Below the pieces are notes generated by a model. It was not told the origin of the DNA and did no database searches. It saw only the letters and a program-made list of their open reading frames with translations. Shown piece by piece: positions 1 through 11,936 of a stretch of DNA of 64,000 nt. This DNA comes from an uncultured Alphaproteobacteria bacterium (GTDB taxonomy: Bacteria; Pseudomonadota; Alphaproteobacteria; UBA2966). Location: the NCBI GenBank assembly GCA_958295725.1, contig OY282368.1, positions 2,882,365 through 2,946,364 on the forward strand, in the 5' to 3' direction. Position 1 is the stretch's first letter; each line of letters starts with the position of its first letter. A program made the translations under genes and the position numbers.

Positions 1-843
1 TCGCGGGAAAGACCCGCCGCCCCATACTGTCTCTCAGAAAGCTTGTGCCGCGCGCCACGGCCGGGCCCGAGAGGGCGCCCGAGAAGTGCCCCAGGATGCC
101 GCTGCCGACCCGGGGATCGAAGACCACCGGGACTTGCGCGGTTTCCGCCTTCCTCGGGTCGAGCCGTTCCGCGGCGCGCGCGCCGGCGCGCCGGCCGACG
201 TCGCCCGCGTCCTCGAGGTCGTCGAGGTGCCGCGCCACGGCATAGTCGTAATCCCGTTCCATCGCGGCGCCGTCGCCCGCCACCACGGCGACGCTCACGC
301 CATGGATCGAGGTTTCGTAGCGGCCCGCGAAGCCGTGGCTGGTGGCCAGATCGACCGTGGTCACGCTCCAGCTCGCGTCCGCGCCCTCCGAATTCGTGAT
401 GCCGGGATGGGCGCGCGCGGCGTCCTCGGCCTCGGCCGCGCGATCGTACAGCTCGTCGGCATCGCATTCGCGGGCATCGAACAGGTCGAGATCGTCTACC
501 TCCGACGCGAGGAGGTCGGGATCGGCTAGCCCGCAGTACGGGTCCTCGGGCGCGGCCCTCGCCATCGCCACGGCCCGTTCGACGAGCTCCTCGAGGGCCG
601 CGGGCGAGGTATCCGTAGACGAGACGATGGCCTGCCGCCGGCCGATGAAGACGCGGAATCCCAGATCGTCGGCCTCGGACCTTTCCAGGTCTTCCCGTTT
701 TCCCAGCCGTTGCGACACGCTCAGGGAAACGCCGCCCACCCGCAAGGCGTCGGCGGCGTCGGCGCCCATCGTCAACGCCCTGCCGATCAGGCCATTCAAC
801 AGCTCGGCCGTGGATTCCTCGGATGGCGCGGACATGGTGGCGG
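1..843 (-). CDS. pmbA: TldD/PmbA-family metalloprotease, N-terminal 281 codons; the gene continues past the window edge
   Basis: Manual reverse-strand translation from the ATG at 843-841 gives MTASATMSAPSEESTAELLNGL...DLGFRVFIGRRQAIVSSTDTSPAALEELVERAVAMARAAPEDPYCGLAD, which matches the PmbA/TldD N-terminal domain. It is not in the ORF track because it has no upstream stop inside the window. Confidence 0.7.
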
Positions 844-903
844 ACGCTGTCATGCGCAGAAGGTTATACAGGTTCCGGCGATCGCCGCGCCACCCTCGGG
901 CGG

Positions 904-2412
904 TCACTTCCAGATGGGTTCGCCGGAACCGGGCAACCCCAGTTTCGGCCATTTTTCCGTCACCAGATCGATGATGTCGTCCGACATGCGGATCCTGCGG
1001 CCCCACTCCCGCCTCGTCTCCGGCGGGATCTTGGCGGTGGCGTCGATCCCCATCTTGCCGCCCAGGCCGGACTCGGGCGAGGCGAAGTCGAGATAGTCGA
1101 TGGGCGTATTCTCCACCGTCGTCACGTCGCGCGCCGGGTCGACGTTCGTCGAGATCGCCCAGATCACGTCGGTCCAGTTCCGGGCGTCGAGATCGTCGTC
1201 GATGACGATGACGAACTTGGTATACATGAACTGCCTCAGGTAGGACCAGACGGCCATCATCACCCGCCGGGCGTGTCCCGCGTAGGCCTTCTTCATCGAC
1301 ACCACCGCCACGCGGTAGGAGCAGGCCTCCGGCGGTAGCCAGAAATCCACGATTTCCGGGAACTGTTGCCGGAGCAGGGGAACGAAGAGCTCGTTCAGCG
1401 CCTCGCCCAGGATGCTCGGCTCGTCGGGCGGACGGCCCGTGAAGGTCGAGAGATAGATCGGATCCCGGCGCATGGTGATGGCCGAGACCCGGAACACGGG
1501 GAACGGCTCGACCGCGTTGTAATAGCCGGTATGGTCTCCGTAGGGACCCTCGTCGCCGTATTCGTCGAGCGAAACGTGGCCTTCGAGGACGATCTCCGCG
1601 GTCGCCGGCACCTTGAGAGGCACGGTCTTGCAGTCGACGAGCTCGACGGGCGCGTTCCGCAACAGTCCCGCGAACCGGTATTCCGACATGGTGTCGGGGA
1701 TCGGCGCCACGGCCGCGACGATGGCGCCGGGGTCGGTGCCGATCACCGCCGCCGCGGGAAGCGGTTCGGGGCGTTCGCTCTTCCAGCGCGCGTGATGCTG
1801 GGCGCCGCCCCGATGCTTGAGCCAGCGCATGTAGGTGCGGTCCCGCCCCGTCACCTGCATGCGGTATATGCCGAGGTTGAAGTCGTCCTCCTTGCGGTCG
1901 CCCGGTCCCTTCGTCACCACGAGCGGCCACGTGATCAGGGGGGCCGGCTCTCCCGGCCAGCACGTCTGCACCGGAAGGCGCGAGAGGTCGATGTCGCCGC
2001 CGGTCAGGACCATGTCCTGCGCCGGCCCCCTGGACACCGTCCTGGGCTTCATCGACAGCGCCGCCTTGAGCATGGGCGCCATCGTCAACGCCTCCCGCCA
2101 TCCGCCCGGCGGTTCGGGCTGCCGGAGAAAGGCCAGTGTCTCGCCGAGTTCCCGGAGTGCGTCGGGCGCGCGGCCGATCCCGCGCGCCACCCGGGCGATG
2201 GTTCCGAACAGGTTCACGAGGACGGGCATTTCGCAAGGCCGCCCGGCTTCGTCGACGGGATTCTCGAAGAGCGCCGCGGGGCCGCCGTCCGCGAGCAGGC
2301 GCGTCTGGATCTCGGTCATTTCGAGGACCGTCGAGACGGGCTCGGACACCCGGACGAGCTGCCCGGTACTCTCCAGCGCGTCGATGAAATCTCTGAGGGA
2401 CTCGAATGCCAT
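904..2412 (-). CDS. ubiD: UbiD-family decarboxylase (4-hydroxy-3-polyprenylbenzoate decarboxylase)
   Basis: The 525-aa track ORF was trimmed to the internal start MAFESLRDFIDALESTGQLVRV (ATG at 2412), which matches the UbiD N-terminus. The rest shows UbiD-like conservation throughout. Confidence 0.85.
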   Translation of the reverse strand: MAFESLRDFIDALESTGQLVRVSEPVSTVLEMTEIQTRLLADGGPAALFENPVDEAGRPCEMPVLVNLFGTIARVARGIGRAPDALRELGETLAFLRQPEPPGGWREALTMAPMLKAALSMKPRTVSRGPAQDMVLTGGDIDLSRLPVQTCWPGEPAPLITWPLVVTKGPGDRKEDDFNLGIYRMQVTGRDRTYMRWLKHRGGAQHHARWKSERPEPLPAAAVIGTDPGAIVAAVAPIPDTMSEYRFAGLLRNAPVELVDCKTVPLKVPATAEIVLEGHVSLDEYGDEGPYGDHTGYYNAVEPFPVFRVSAITMRRDPIYLSTFTGRPPDEPSILGEALNELFVPLLRQQFPEIVDFWLPPEACSYRVAVVSMKKAYAGHARRVMMAVWSYLRQFMYTKFVIVIDDDLDARNWTDVIWAISTNVDPARDVTTVENTPIDYLDFASPESGLGGKMGIDATAKIPPETRREWGRRIRMSDDIIDLVTEKWPKLGLPGSGEPIWK

Positions 2413-2560
2413 CTCGAACTCGCGGCGGCGGGCGGGCGCGGAAGTATATCGGCGGCGCGATTCCAGAGCGACAGGCGACACTGGCGATGCCAGCGGGAGA
2501 GACCGGATTCGACGCCCCCGCTACTGCAATTCGCCCGGCGCTCGGGCATATTAGGGGGAC

Positions 2561-4756
<2,196 letters not shown>

Positions 4757-4814
4757 GCGCCATCCCCCCCACCCGTCCGGCCGTGTCGAGGCGAGACCTC
4801 GGACGGAAGCGCGG

Positions 4815-5804
4815 TTGTTGATCTACCTCCAGTTGGCCGGCGGTCTCGTCGTCCTGCTTCTGGGCGGGGACATTCTCGTCCGGGGCGCCGTGGCGCTGGC
4901 GCGGAAACTCGGCGTGTCGCCGCTCGTCGTCGGCTTGACGGTCGTCGCCTTCGGAACCTCGGCGCCGGAACTGATGGTCAGCGTCGACGCGGCGTGGAAC
5001 GGCGTGCCCGGCCTCGCGATCGGCAACGTCGTCGGCAGCAACGTGGCCAACGCGCTCCTCGTCCTCGGAGCGCCCGCGGTCGTGTTCCCCATCGTCTGCC
5101 AGGCTCCGTCCCTGAACCGGGACATCGTCGTGATGATCGGCGCGAGCCTGCTCTTCGTCGCATTCTGCTGGAGCGGGACCTTGGTGGCCTGGCACGGCGC
5201 GATCCTGGTGGCCCTCCTCCTCGCCTTCCTCGTCCATTCGTACGTATCGGAACGCGACGAAAGCGACGGCCACGAGGAATACGGCGAGGAGTTCGACGGT
5301 ATCGGCGCGTTTCCCCGGTCGGCGCCCGTGTTCCTGGGATTGATCGCGGCCGGATTGACGGGACTGTTGTTTGGATCCCACCTCCTGATCGACGGCGCAG
5401 TGGGGGTCGCGCGGGCGTGGGGCGTGACGGAAACCGTCATCGGCCTCACCCTCGTCGCGCTGGGAACGTCCCTGCCCGAACTCGCGACGACCGTCGCCGC
5501 CGCCATCCGCAGACAGGGCGGGATCGCGGTCGGCAACGTGGTCGGCAGTAACATGTTCAATATCCTGGGCGTCATGGGCATCACGTCGCTCATCGTTCCG
5601 GTGCCGATACCCGAACGGACGCTGCACTTCGATCTCTGGGTGATGCTCGGCGCGGCACTGGTTCCGCTGCCGTTCGCGCTGCGTCGGCGACCGATCCGCC
5701 GCGCCGCGGGCGTCGTGTTCTCGGCCGCCTATCTCGGATTCGTCTTCATCCAGTACTTCGGCGTGCCCCGTTTCCCCCTCGTGACCGCCTACGCGAACCC
5801 ATGA
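4815..5804 (+). CDS. Ca2+/Na+ antiporter of the CaCA family (YrbG-like)
   Basis: Two alpha-repeat motifs, GTSAPEL and GTSLPEL, in a multi-TM hydrophobic protein. The track start at 4590 overlaps uvrB, so the start was moved to TTG 4815, the first in-frame start after the uvrB stop; the start is uncertain. Confidence 0.75.
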   Translation: MLIYLQLAGGLVVLLLGGDILVRGAVALARKLGVSPLVVGLTVVAFGTSAPELMVSVDAAWNGVPGLAIGNVVGSNVANALLVLGAPAVVFPIVCQAPSLNRDIVVMIGASLLFVAFCWSGTLVAWHGAILVALLLAFLVHSYVSERDESDGHEEYGEEFDGIGAFPRSAPVFLGLIAAGLTGLLFGSHLLIDGAVGVARAWGVTETVIGLTLVALGTSLPELATTVAAAIRRQGGIAVGNVVGSNMFNILGVMGITSLIVPVPIPERTLHFDLWVMLGAALVPLPFALRRRPIRRAAGVVFSAAYLGFVFIQYFGVPRFPLVTAYANP

Positions 5805-6616
5805 GCGGCGCGGGGTTTCCATCGGCCCCGCGGTCGGTCGCGTCGGGGGCAGCGCTGGTCACCGGCGGCGCGCGACGGATCGGGCGGACGATCTGCCGGA
5901 CGTTGGCGGAAGACGGATGGGCGGTCGCCGTCCATCACCTACGGTCGGCGAGAGAGGCCGAGGAGGTCGTCGCCGACATCGCAGCGGGCGGCGGACACGC
6001 CGTCGCGATCGCCGCCGACCTCGCGGACACGACCGCCGCCACCGGCCTGATCCCGCGCGTCGCCGCGGAACTGGGACCGTTGACCTGCCTCGTCAACAAC
6101 GCGTCGGTATTCGAGCCCGACGATATCCTCTCGGCGACCGACGAGTCCTGGCGCCGCCATATCGACGTCAATCTGCGCGCGCCGTTCTTCCTGACGCAGG
6201 CCTTCGCCAAACAGACGGCCTTCGCCAAGGGGACGGCGACGGGCGCATCCGGTTGCATCGTCAACATCATCGACGAACGCGTGTGGAACCCGACTCCCCA
6301 CTTCGCGTCCTATACGGTGAGCAAGAGCGGCTTATGGACTTTGACCCGAACGTGCGCGCTGGCGCTCGCGCCCCGGATCCGGGTGAACGGCATCGGGCCG
6401 GGACCGACCCTGCCCAGCCCCCGGCAGAGTCTCGAACACTTCGAGGCGCAGGGCGCATCGACGCCGCTCGGGCGAGGCGCAACGCCGGACGAGATCGCGT
6501 CCGCTGTCCGGTTCATCCTCTCGTCGCCCGCGATGACCGGACAGATGATCGCGCTCGACGGCGGCCGGCACCTCAAATGGCGCCGGCGCCCGGGCGATAC
6601 GGATCTCGCGGAATGA
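5801..6616 (+). CDS. Short-chain dehydrogenase/reductase, pteridine reductase-like (FolM/PTR1-type)
   Basis: Cofactor motif LVTGGARRIGRTI with an SDR catalytic region. The ATGA start overlaps the antiporter stop, and the gene lies immediately upstream of folB. Confidence 0.6.
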   Translation: MSGAGFPSAPRSVASGAALVTGGARRIGRTICRTLAEDGWAVAVHHLRSAREAEEVVADIAAGGGHAVAIAADLADTTAATGLIPRVAAELGPLTCLVNNASVFEPDDILSATDESWRRHIDVNLRAPFFLTQAFAKQTAFAKGTATGASGCIVNIIDERVWNPTPHFASYTVSKSGLWTLTRTCALALAPRIRVNGIGPGPTLPSPRQSLEHFEAQGASTPLGRGATPDEIASAVRFILSSPAMTGQMIALDGGRHLKWRRRPGDTDLAE

Positions 6617-6683
6617 CGATGCCGTCGCCGACCGTGGCGCGAGGAAACGGGCGGGCGCTGACGCGCCGCCGGACGGGGCGCAC

Positions 6684-7070
6684 GTGAACCGGGAACGGGG
6701 ACGCCGCGAAACCCGGCGGATCGTCGTCCGCAACCTGGTGCTGCCGGCCCGCGTCGGCGTGTACCGGCACGAGAAGTCGGGGCCGCAACGGGTTCGCATC
6801 AATCTCGAACTGACTACCGAGGACCCTCGCCAGTCCCCGAGCGACGAGATCGGCGACGTCGTCAATTACGAGACGGTGGTATCGGGCGTAAAGGAAGTAT
6901 TGGCGGAAGGTCACACGAACCTGGTCGAAACATTGGCCGAAAAGATCGCAGAAGTATGCCTGTCCGATCTCCGCGTCATGGGAGTTCGCGTGGGTATAGA
7001 GAAACTTCACGCCATCTCCGAAGCGGAAGGCGTCGGTGTCGAGATCGAGCGATTCCAGTCTAACCATTGA
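6684..7070 (+). CDS. folB: Dihydroneopterin aldolase
   Basis: FolB fold motifs (RIVVRNLVLPARVGVYRHEK...VNYETV) and the expected ~125-aa size. The GTG start is uncertain. Confidence 0.75.
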   Translation: MNRERGRRETRRIVVRNLVLPARVGVYRHEKSGPQRVRINLELTTEDPRQSPSDEIGDVVNYETVVSGVKEVLAEGHTNLVETLAEKIAEVCLSDLRVMGVRVGIEKLHAISEAEGVGVEIERFQSNH

Positions 7071-7195
7071 CAGTTCAACGAATTTTCCGGGGTTGCCCGT
7101 CGCTGCTCGCCGGGAAATTGTGCACAGGCGAGTATTTGCCGGACGCCAGCCCGTCGCGTATTACCCGAAGTTTCCGACCCTGGTTCCTGGAAAGC

Positions 7196-7262
7196 ATTTG
7201 ACATTAAAATATTGTTTATTATCAATGAGATGTAATATATGCCTAAAAATTAGGCAATCGAC
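7196..7262 (+). promoter_or_regulatory. Strongly AT-rich block (about 25% GC) containing a TTGACA -35-like hexamer; candidate promoter or leader for uvrC
   Basis: The sequence ttgacattaaaatattgtttattatcaatgagatgtaatatatgcctaaaaattagg sits in a genome of about 68% GC. TTGACA is followed 17 bp later by ATCAAT, and a TAATAT lies further downstream. Confidence 0.3.
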
Positions 7263-7433
7263 CCGAATGCTAAGGAACGCCACGCTTTTATCGCTTGGCG
7301 CCGCGATTGTCCACAAACTTACCCACACGTATCGTGGATAGTACGACACCCGCGAGGAGTCGCCGCCGCCGACATCCGCCCAAACTCCGGGAGTCGCATG
7401 GCTTCGCCGGTGGTATGCTTTCCGGGAAGGACC

Positions 7434-9368
7434 ATGACGGCCATCCAACCTGAAGCCCGGCGGACGCGGCGCCGCGCCGTCTCCGGCTCCGGGAGCGCGG
7501 GTGCCGAGCCCGCCGTCCCGTCGGTCACGCGCGGCCGCGACGTGATCCGCACCCACCTGAAGACGCTGCCCAACAGTCCCGGCGTCTATCGGATGATCGA
7601 TACGAAGGGGCGGGTTCTGTACGTCGGCAAGGCGAAGAACCTGAAGAAACGGGTCGCCTCCTACACAAACTCGACGGGTCTGGCGACCCGCATACTGGGC
7701 ATGGTCGCGGCGACCGCGGACATGGAGTTCATCACCACCCATACCGAGGTCGAGGCCCTGCTTCTCGAGTCGAACCTCATCAAGGAGCTCCGACCCCGCT
7801 ACAACATACTGCTGAGGGACGACAAGTCCTTTCCCTACATCCTGATCACGGGAGACCACGACTGGGCCCAGATCACGAAACACCGCGGCGCGCGGAACAA
7901 GCCGGGGGAGTATTTCGGACCCTTCGCGTCGGCGGGCGCCGTCAACGAGACGATCAACGCGCTCCAGCGGGCCTTCCCGCTCCGTTCCTGTTCCGACAGC
8001 GTGTTCGCGAGCCGCACGCGACCCTGCCTCCAGTATCAGATCCGCCGCTGCACGGCGCCCTGCGTCGGCCGCGTCGGTCGGGAGGACTACGGCCGGATCG
8101 TGCGCGAGGCGCGGGATTTCCTCTCGGGCCGAAGCCGGCGAACCCAGGAAGAGCTCTCCGAACGGATGCAGGACGCCAGCGCGAATCTGGAATTCGAGAC
8201 CGCGGCGGTCTATCGGGACCGCATTCGGGCTCTCACTCAGATCCAGGCACGCCAGGGGATCAACATTCCGACGCTGGGGGAGGCGGACGTCATCGGGGCT
8301 TGTCGAGACGCGGACCAGACCTGCATTCAGGTGTTCTTCTTCCGCTCCGGACGGAACTACGGCAACCGGGCCTACTTCCCGGCGCACGCCAGAAGCGATG
8401 CGATCGAGGAAGTCCTGTCCGCCTTCATCGGCCAGTTCTACGCCGACAAACCGCCACCGCGACTGGTTCTGACCAGTCACGACATAGAAGGCAGGGACCT
8501 CGTCGAGCGGGCGCTTGGCGTCCGCGCGGACAGGCGGGTGGGCGTTCGCACGCCGCGCCGAGGCGCCAAGCGGCAGCTCGTCGAGCACGCCGTCGCCAAC
8601 GCTCGGGACGCGCTCGCCCGCCGCCTCGCGGAGAGCGCCTCGCAGCGGCGGCTGCTGGAGGGCGTGGCCCGAACGTTCGGACTCGAAGCACCCCCCGAAC
8701 GTATCGAGGTCTACGACAACAGTCATATCCGCGGCAGCGAGGCGCTGGGAGCCATGATCGCCGCGGGAGCCGAGGGACTCGTCAAGAACCGGTACCGGAA
8801 GTTCAACATCAAGCGGGCCGATCTCACCCCCGGCGACGACTACGGCATGATGACCGAAGTCCTGACCCGCCGTTTCTCGCGCCTGCTCAGGGAAGACGGA
8901 GACCGCGAGGGGCGGCAATGGCCCGACCTGGTCCTGATCGACGGCGGCGCCGGCCACCTGAGAACCGCCCAGCGGGTGTTCGACGACCTCGGCGTCGCGG
9001 ACGTGGCGCTCGCCGCCATCGCCAAGGGTCTGGAACGTAATGCCGGACGCGAAACGTTCCATGTCCGGGGAAAGCCGGCGTTCTCGCTGGAACCGAACGA
9101 TCCTGTCCTGTACTTCCTCCAGCGTCTGCGCGACGAGGCTCATCGATACGCCATCGGCGGCCATCGCGCCAAGCGCTCGCGCGGACTGGGCCGTTCAGTG
9201 CTGGACGAGATTCCCGGCATCGGGGCGAAACGGAAGCGCGCTTTGCTGCATCATTTCGGCTCGGCGCGGTCGGTGGAGCGCGCCGGCCTCACCGATCTCG
9301 AGGCGGTCGAGGGAATCTCGCGGCAGGTGGCGAAATCGATCTATGATTATTTTCATTCCGACGACTGA
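7434..9368 (+). CDS. uvrC: Excinuclease ABC subunit C
   Basis: GIY-YIG motif (GVYRMIDTKGRVLYVGKAKNLKKRVASY) and a C-terminal HhH region. The start was taken at the second Met (MTAIQP); the alternative start is 7398. Confidence 0.9.
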   Translation: MTAIQPEARRTRRRAVSGSGSAGAEPAVPSVTRGRDVIRTHLKTLPNSPGVYRMIDTKGRVLYVGKAKNLKKRVASYTNSTGLATRILGMVAATADMEFITTHTEVEALLLESNLIKELRPRYNILLRDDKSFPYILITGDHDWAQITKHRGARNKPGEYFGPFASAGAVNETINALQRAFPLRSCSDSVFASRTRPCLQYQIRRCTAPCVGRVGREDYGRIVREARDFLSGRSRRTQEELSERMQDASANLEFETAAVYRDRIRALTQIQARQGINIPTLGEADVIGACRDADQTCIQVFFFRSGRNYGNRAYFPAHARSDAIEEVLSAFIGQFYADKPPPRLVLTSHDIEGRDLVERALGVRADRRVGVRTPRRGAKRQLVEHAVANARDALARRLAESASQRRLLEGVARTFGLEAPPERIEVYDNSHIRGSEALGAMIAAGAEGLVKNRYRKFNIKRADLTPGDDYGMMTEVLTRRFSRLLREDGDREGRQWPDLVLIDGGAGHLRTAQRVFDDLGVADVALAAIAKGLERNAGRETFHVRGKPAFSLEPNDPVLYFLQRLRDEAHRYAIGGHRAKRSRGLGRSVLDEIPGIGAKRKRALLHHFGSARSVERAGLTDLEAVEGISRQVAKSIYDYFHSDD

Positions 9369-9437
9369 AGAACCCCCGGCGTGGAAGGTCGGGATACCGG
9401 TCGCGGCGTGCGACCGTCGAAAGCCGCCCGTCCACCG

Positions 9438-10070
9438 ATGATCACCAGCCTGCCCAACCTCCTGACCATCTCGCGGATCCTGGCCATCCCGGCGCTGGTG
9501 GCGACGTTCTATTTCCCGGGGATCCTGGCGGACTGGATCTCGCTGGGATTGTTCTGTGCCGCCGGCGTCACCGATTTCCTCGACGGGTACGTGGCGCGCC
9601 TGCGCGGGCAGATGTCCGCGTTGGGCCGGTTCCTGGACCCCGTGGCCGATAAGCTCCTGATCGTCGCCGCCATCGTGATGTTGATCGCCGTCGACCGGAT
9701 CGACGGATGGACCGTCCTCGCCGCGGTGATCATCGTCTGTCGCGAGATCCTCGTGTCCGGTCTGCGCGAATTCTTGGCGGACGTGCAGGTTCCGGTTCCC
9801 GTAAGCCGTCTGGCCAAATGGAAGACCACGCTCCAGATCGTCGCGATCGCCTTCCTGTTGTCGGGCGACGCCGGGGACCTGCTGTTGCCGGCCAAGGAGA
9901 CCGGAACCGTTTGCCTCTGGGTCGCTGCCGCGCTTACGCTCTACACGGGCTACGATTACCTGAGAGCCGGATTGGCGCACATCGCGACGGATGGCGAAGG
10001 GAAAGCGGCCACGAAGCCGGACGAAGAGCGCGACGGCGCCGGGAGCGCCGGAACCCGCGCTCGCGGTTGA
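9438..10070 (+). CDS. pgsA: CDP-diacylglycerol--glycerol-3-phosphate 3-phosphatidyltransferase
   Basis: CDP-alcohol phosphatidyltransferase motif (DFLDGYVARL...GRFLDPVADK). The start was trimmed to MITSLPNLLT. The uvrC-pgsA-moaD/E neighbourhood is typical of Alphaproteobacteria. Confidence 0.85.
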   Translation: MITSLPNLLTISRILAIPALVATFYFPGILADWISLGLFCAAGVTDFLDGYVARLRGQMSALGRFLDPVADKLLIVAAIVMLIAVDRIDGWTVLAAVIIVCREILVSGLREFLADVQVPVPVSRLAKWKTTLQIVAIAFLLSGDAGDLLLPAKETGTVCLWVAAALTLYTGYDYLRAGLAHIATDGEGKAATKPDEERDGAGSAGTRARG

Positions 10071-10152
10071 CCGGGCCGCGTCGGCCGGTGCTCCGCGGAC
10101 GATCCCATTACTGCGGTGAAGCGGGGGAACATGCGATGAAGCCGTTTGGGCG

Positions 10153-10683
10153 ATGAAGCTGTTCGGGATCGCCGGATGGAGCGGCAGTGGCAAGACGACG
10201 CTCGTCACGAGCCTGCTGCCCCGGCTCGCGGAAAGGGGCCTCCGCGTGTCGACCGTCAAGCACGCGCATCATGGATTCGATGTCGACCAGCCGGGGAAGG
10301 ACTCCTACGAGCATCGAAAGGCGGGCGCCTCCGAAGTGCTGGTGTCCTCGAGCAGGCGATGGGTGCTCATGCACGAGAATCGCGGCGGTCCGGAACCGTC
10401 GCTGACCGATCTTGTCTCCCGGCTGTCGCCCGTGGACCTCGTTCTGGTCGAGGGGTTCAAGCGAGAGGCGATCGACAAGCTGGAGGTCTATCGCCGGGAC
10501 CTTGGGAAACCCATGCTCCAACCCGAGGACTCGCGCGTCGTGGCCGTGGCTAGCGACGCGCCGCTCGCGGACATGCCCGTTCCGATACTGAGCCTCGACG
10601 CGGTCGAGGACATCACGACATTCATCGTCGCCCAATGCGGTTTCGCCGCCGACACCCGACGCGTGGCGGTCCAAGGGCGATAG
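10153..10683 (+). CDS. mobB: Molybdopterin-guanine dinucleotide biosynthesis adapter MobB
   Basis: P-loop motif GWSGSGKTTL with a MobB-like sequence. Confidence 0.85.
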   Translation: MKLFGIAGWSGSGKTTLVTSLLPRLAERGLRVSTVKHAHHGFDVDQPGKDSYEHRKAGASEVLVSSSRRWVLMHENRGGPEPSLTDLVSRLSPVDLVLVEGFKREAIDKLEVYRRDLGKPMLQPEDSRVVAVASDAPLADMPVPILSLDAVEDITTFIVAQCGFAADTRRVAVQGR

Positions 10684-10685
10684 CC

Positions 10686-11936
10686 ATGCAGCTCTCCGAC
10701 GATTGCTTCGCGGCCGGTGACCGTCCGATGACGACGGCGGAAGCGCTCGCCCTTCTGGCGGAGCGCATCGCGCCGGTCGGCGCCACCGAACGCCTTCCCC
10801 TGCGCGCCGCCGTCGGGCGGATCCTCGCCGAGGACATCGTGTCGGAGCGCGACGTCCCTCCTGCAGGGAACTCGGCGGTCGATGGTTACGCGTTCGCGTT
10901 CGACGACCTGACGCCCGGCCGGGAGACGCGTCTCCGACTTTCCGGTCGCGCCGCAGCGGGGCATCCGGCCCCGCGCGGATCCGGCGAGGGGGCGGTACGG
11001 ATATTCACGGGCGCCCTGATGCCGGAGGGGTGCGATACCGTCGCCATGCAGGAAGACTGCGCCGCCGACGCCGACGAGGTCGTCATCCCCCGCGGGTTGT
11101 CGCGGGGCGCCAACAGCCGCCGCGCCGGCGAGGACGTCCGGAGGGGAGACGCCATCCTCGTCAAGGGCCATTTGCTGCGACCCCAGGATATCGGTATCGC
11201 CGCCTCCGTCGGCCACAGCGAGATTTCCGTGTACCGGCCGGTCCGCGTGGCCGTTTTCTCCACGGGCGACGAGGTCCGCGAGCCGGGCGCAGCCCTGGTC
11301 CACGGAGCCATCTACGACTCGAACCGTTATGTCCTGATGTCGTTGCTCGATGGCTTTCCCGTCGACGTCTCCGACCTGGGGATACTGGCCGACGACCGAA
11401 AGGCGGTGGCGGCGGCGCTGCGGGATGCCGCGCGCGCGCACGACCTGCTGATCACCTCGGGCGGCGTATCGGTGGGAGAGGAGGACCACGTCAGGAACGT
11501 GGTCCAGGAGAACGGCGCCCTCCACTTCTGGCGCTTGGCCATAAAGCCGGGCCGGCCGCTGGCGTTGGGACAGGTGGCCGGTGCGCCGTTTGTCGGGCTG
11601 CCCGGCAATCCGGTGGCCGCGATGGTGACCTTCGTTCGCTTCGCGCGACCGCTGCTGCTGCGTCTGGCGGGGGGCACGCGTGTCGATCCGCGACTCTATC
11701 GCGTCCGTGCGGGCTTCTCCCATCGCAAGAAACCCAACCGCCGGGAATGGGTGCGGGCGCGCCTCAAATTGGGCGCGGACGGGACCCTGGAAGCCGAGAA
11801 GTTCGCCCGCGAAGGGGCCGGGATCCTGCGCTCCTTGGTCGAGGCGGACGGCCTCGTCGAGCTGCCCGAGGAGATGACAGAGGTGGCGCCGGGCGCTATG
11901 GTGGAGTTTCTTCCCTTCTCCGAGGTGACGTCTTGA
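10686..11936 (+). CDS. moeA: Molybdopterin molybdenumtransferase MoeA
   Basis: MoeA N-terminal and MoCF-biosynthesis domains (GPGPT-like, TSGGVSVGEED). The start was trimmed to MQLSDD, two nucleotides after the mobB stop. Confidence 0.85.
   Translation: MQLSDDCFAAGDRPMTTAEALALLAERIAPVGATERLPLRAAVGRILAEDIVSERDVPPAGNSAVDGYAFAFDDLTPGRETRLRLSGRAAAGHPAPRGSGEGAVRIFTGALMPEGCDTVAMQEDCAADADEVVIPRGLSRGANSRRAGEDVRRGDAILVKGHLLRPQDIGIAASVGHSEISVYRPVRVAVFSTGDEVREPGAALVHGAIYDSNRYVLMSLLDGFPVDVSDLGILADDRKAVAAALRDAARAHDLLITSGGVSVGEEDHVRNVVQENGALHFWRLAIKPGRPLALGQVAGAPFVGLPGNPVAAMVTFVRFARPLLLRLAGGTRVDPRLYRVRAGFSHRKKPNRREWVRARLKLGADGTLEAEKFAREGAGILRSLVEADGLVELPEEMTEVAPGAMVEFLPFSEVTS

Noticed and set aside
2413-2560. 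Possible LexA (SOS) box in the divergent ubiD/uvrB promoter region, and likewise upstream of uvrC
   Set aside because: No GTTC-N7-GTTC or GAAC-N7-GAAC alphaproteobacterial SOS-box match was found by eye.
7196-7345. Chromosomal replication origin (oriC) hypothesis for the AT-rich block
   Set aside because: It has only one 8/9 and one partial DnaA-box match, a single short AT tract, and atypical flanking genes (folB/uvrC rather than dnaA, hemE or parAB). It is kept only as a promoter/regulatory candidate.
7161-9164. 667-aa ORF on the - strand
   Set aside because: It is antisense to uvrC, whose GIY-YIG/HhH homology is unambiguous. It is a high-GC frame artefact.
10488-11723. 411-aa ORF on the - strand
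   Set aside because: It is antisense to moeA and has no domain signal.
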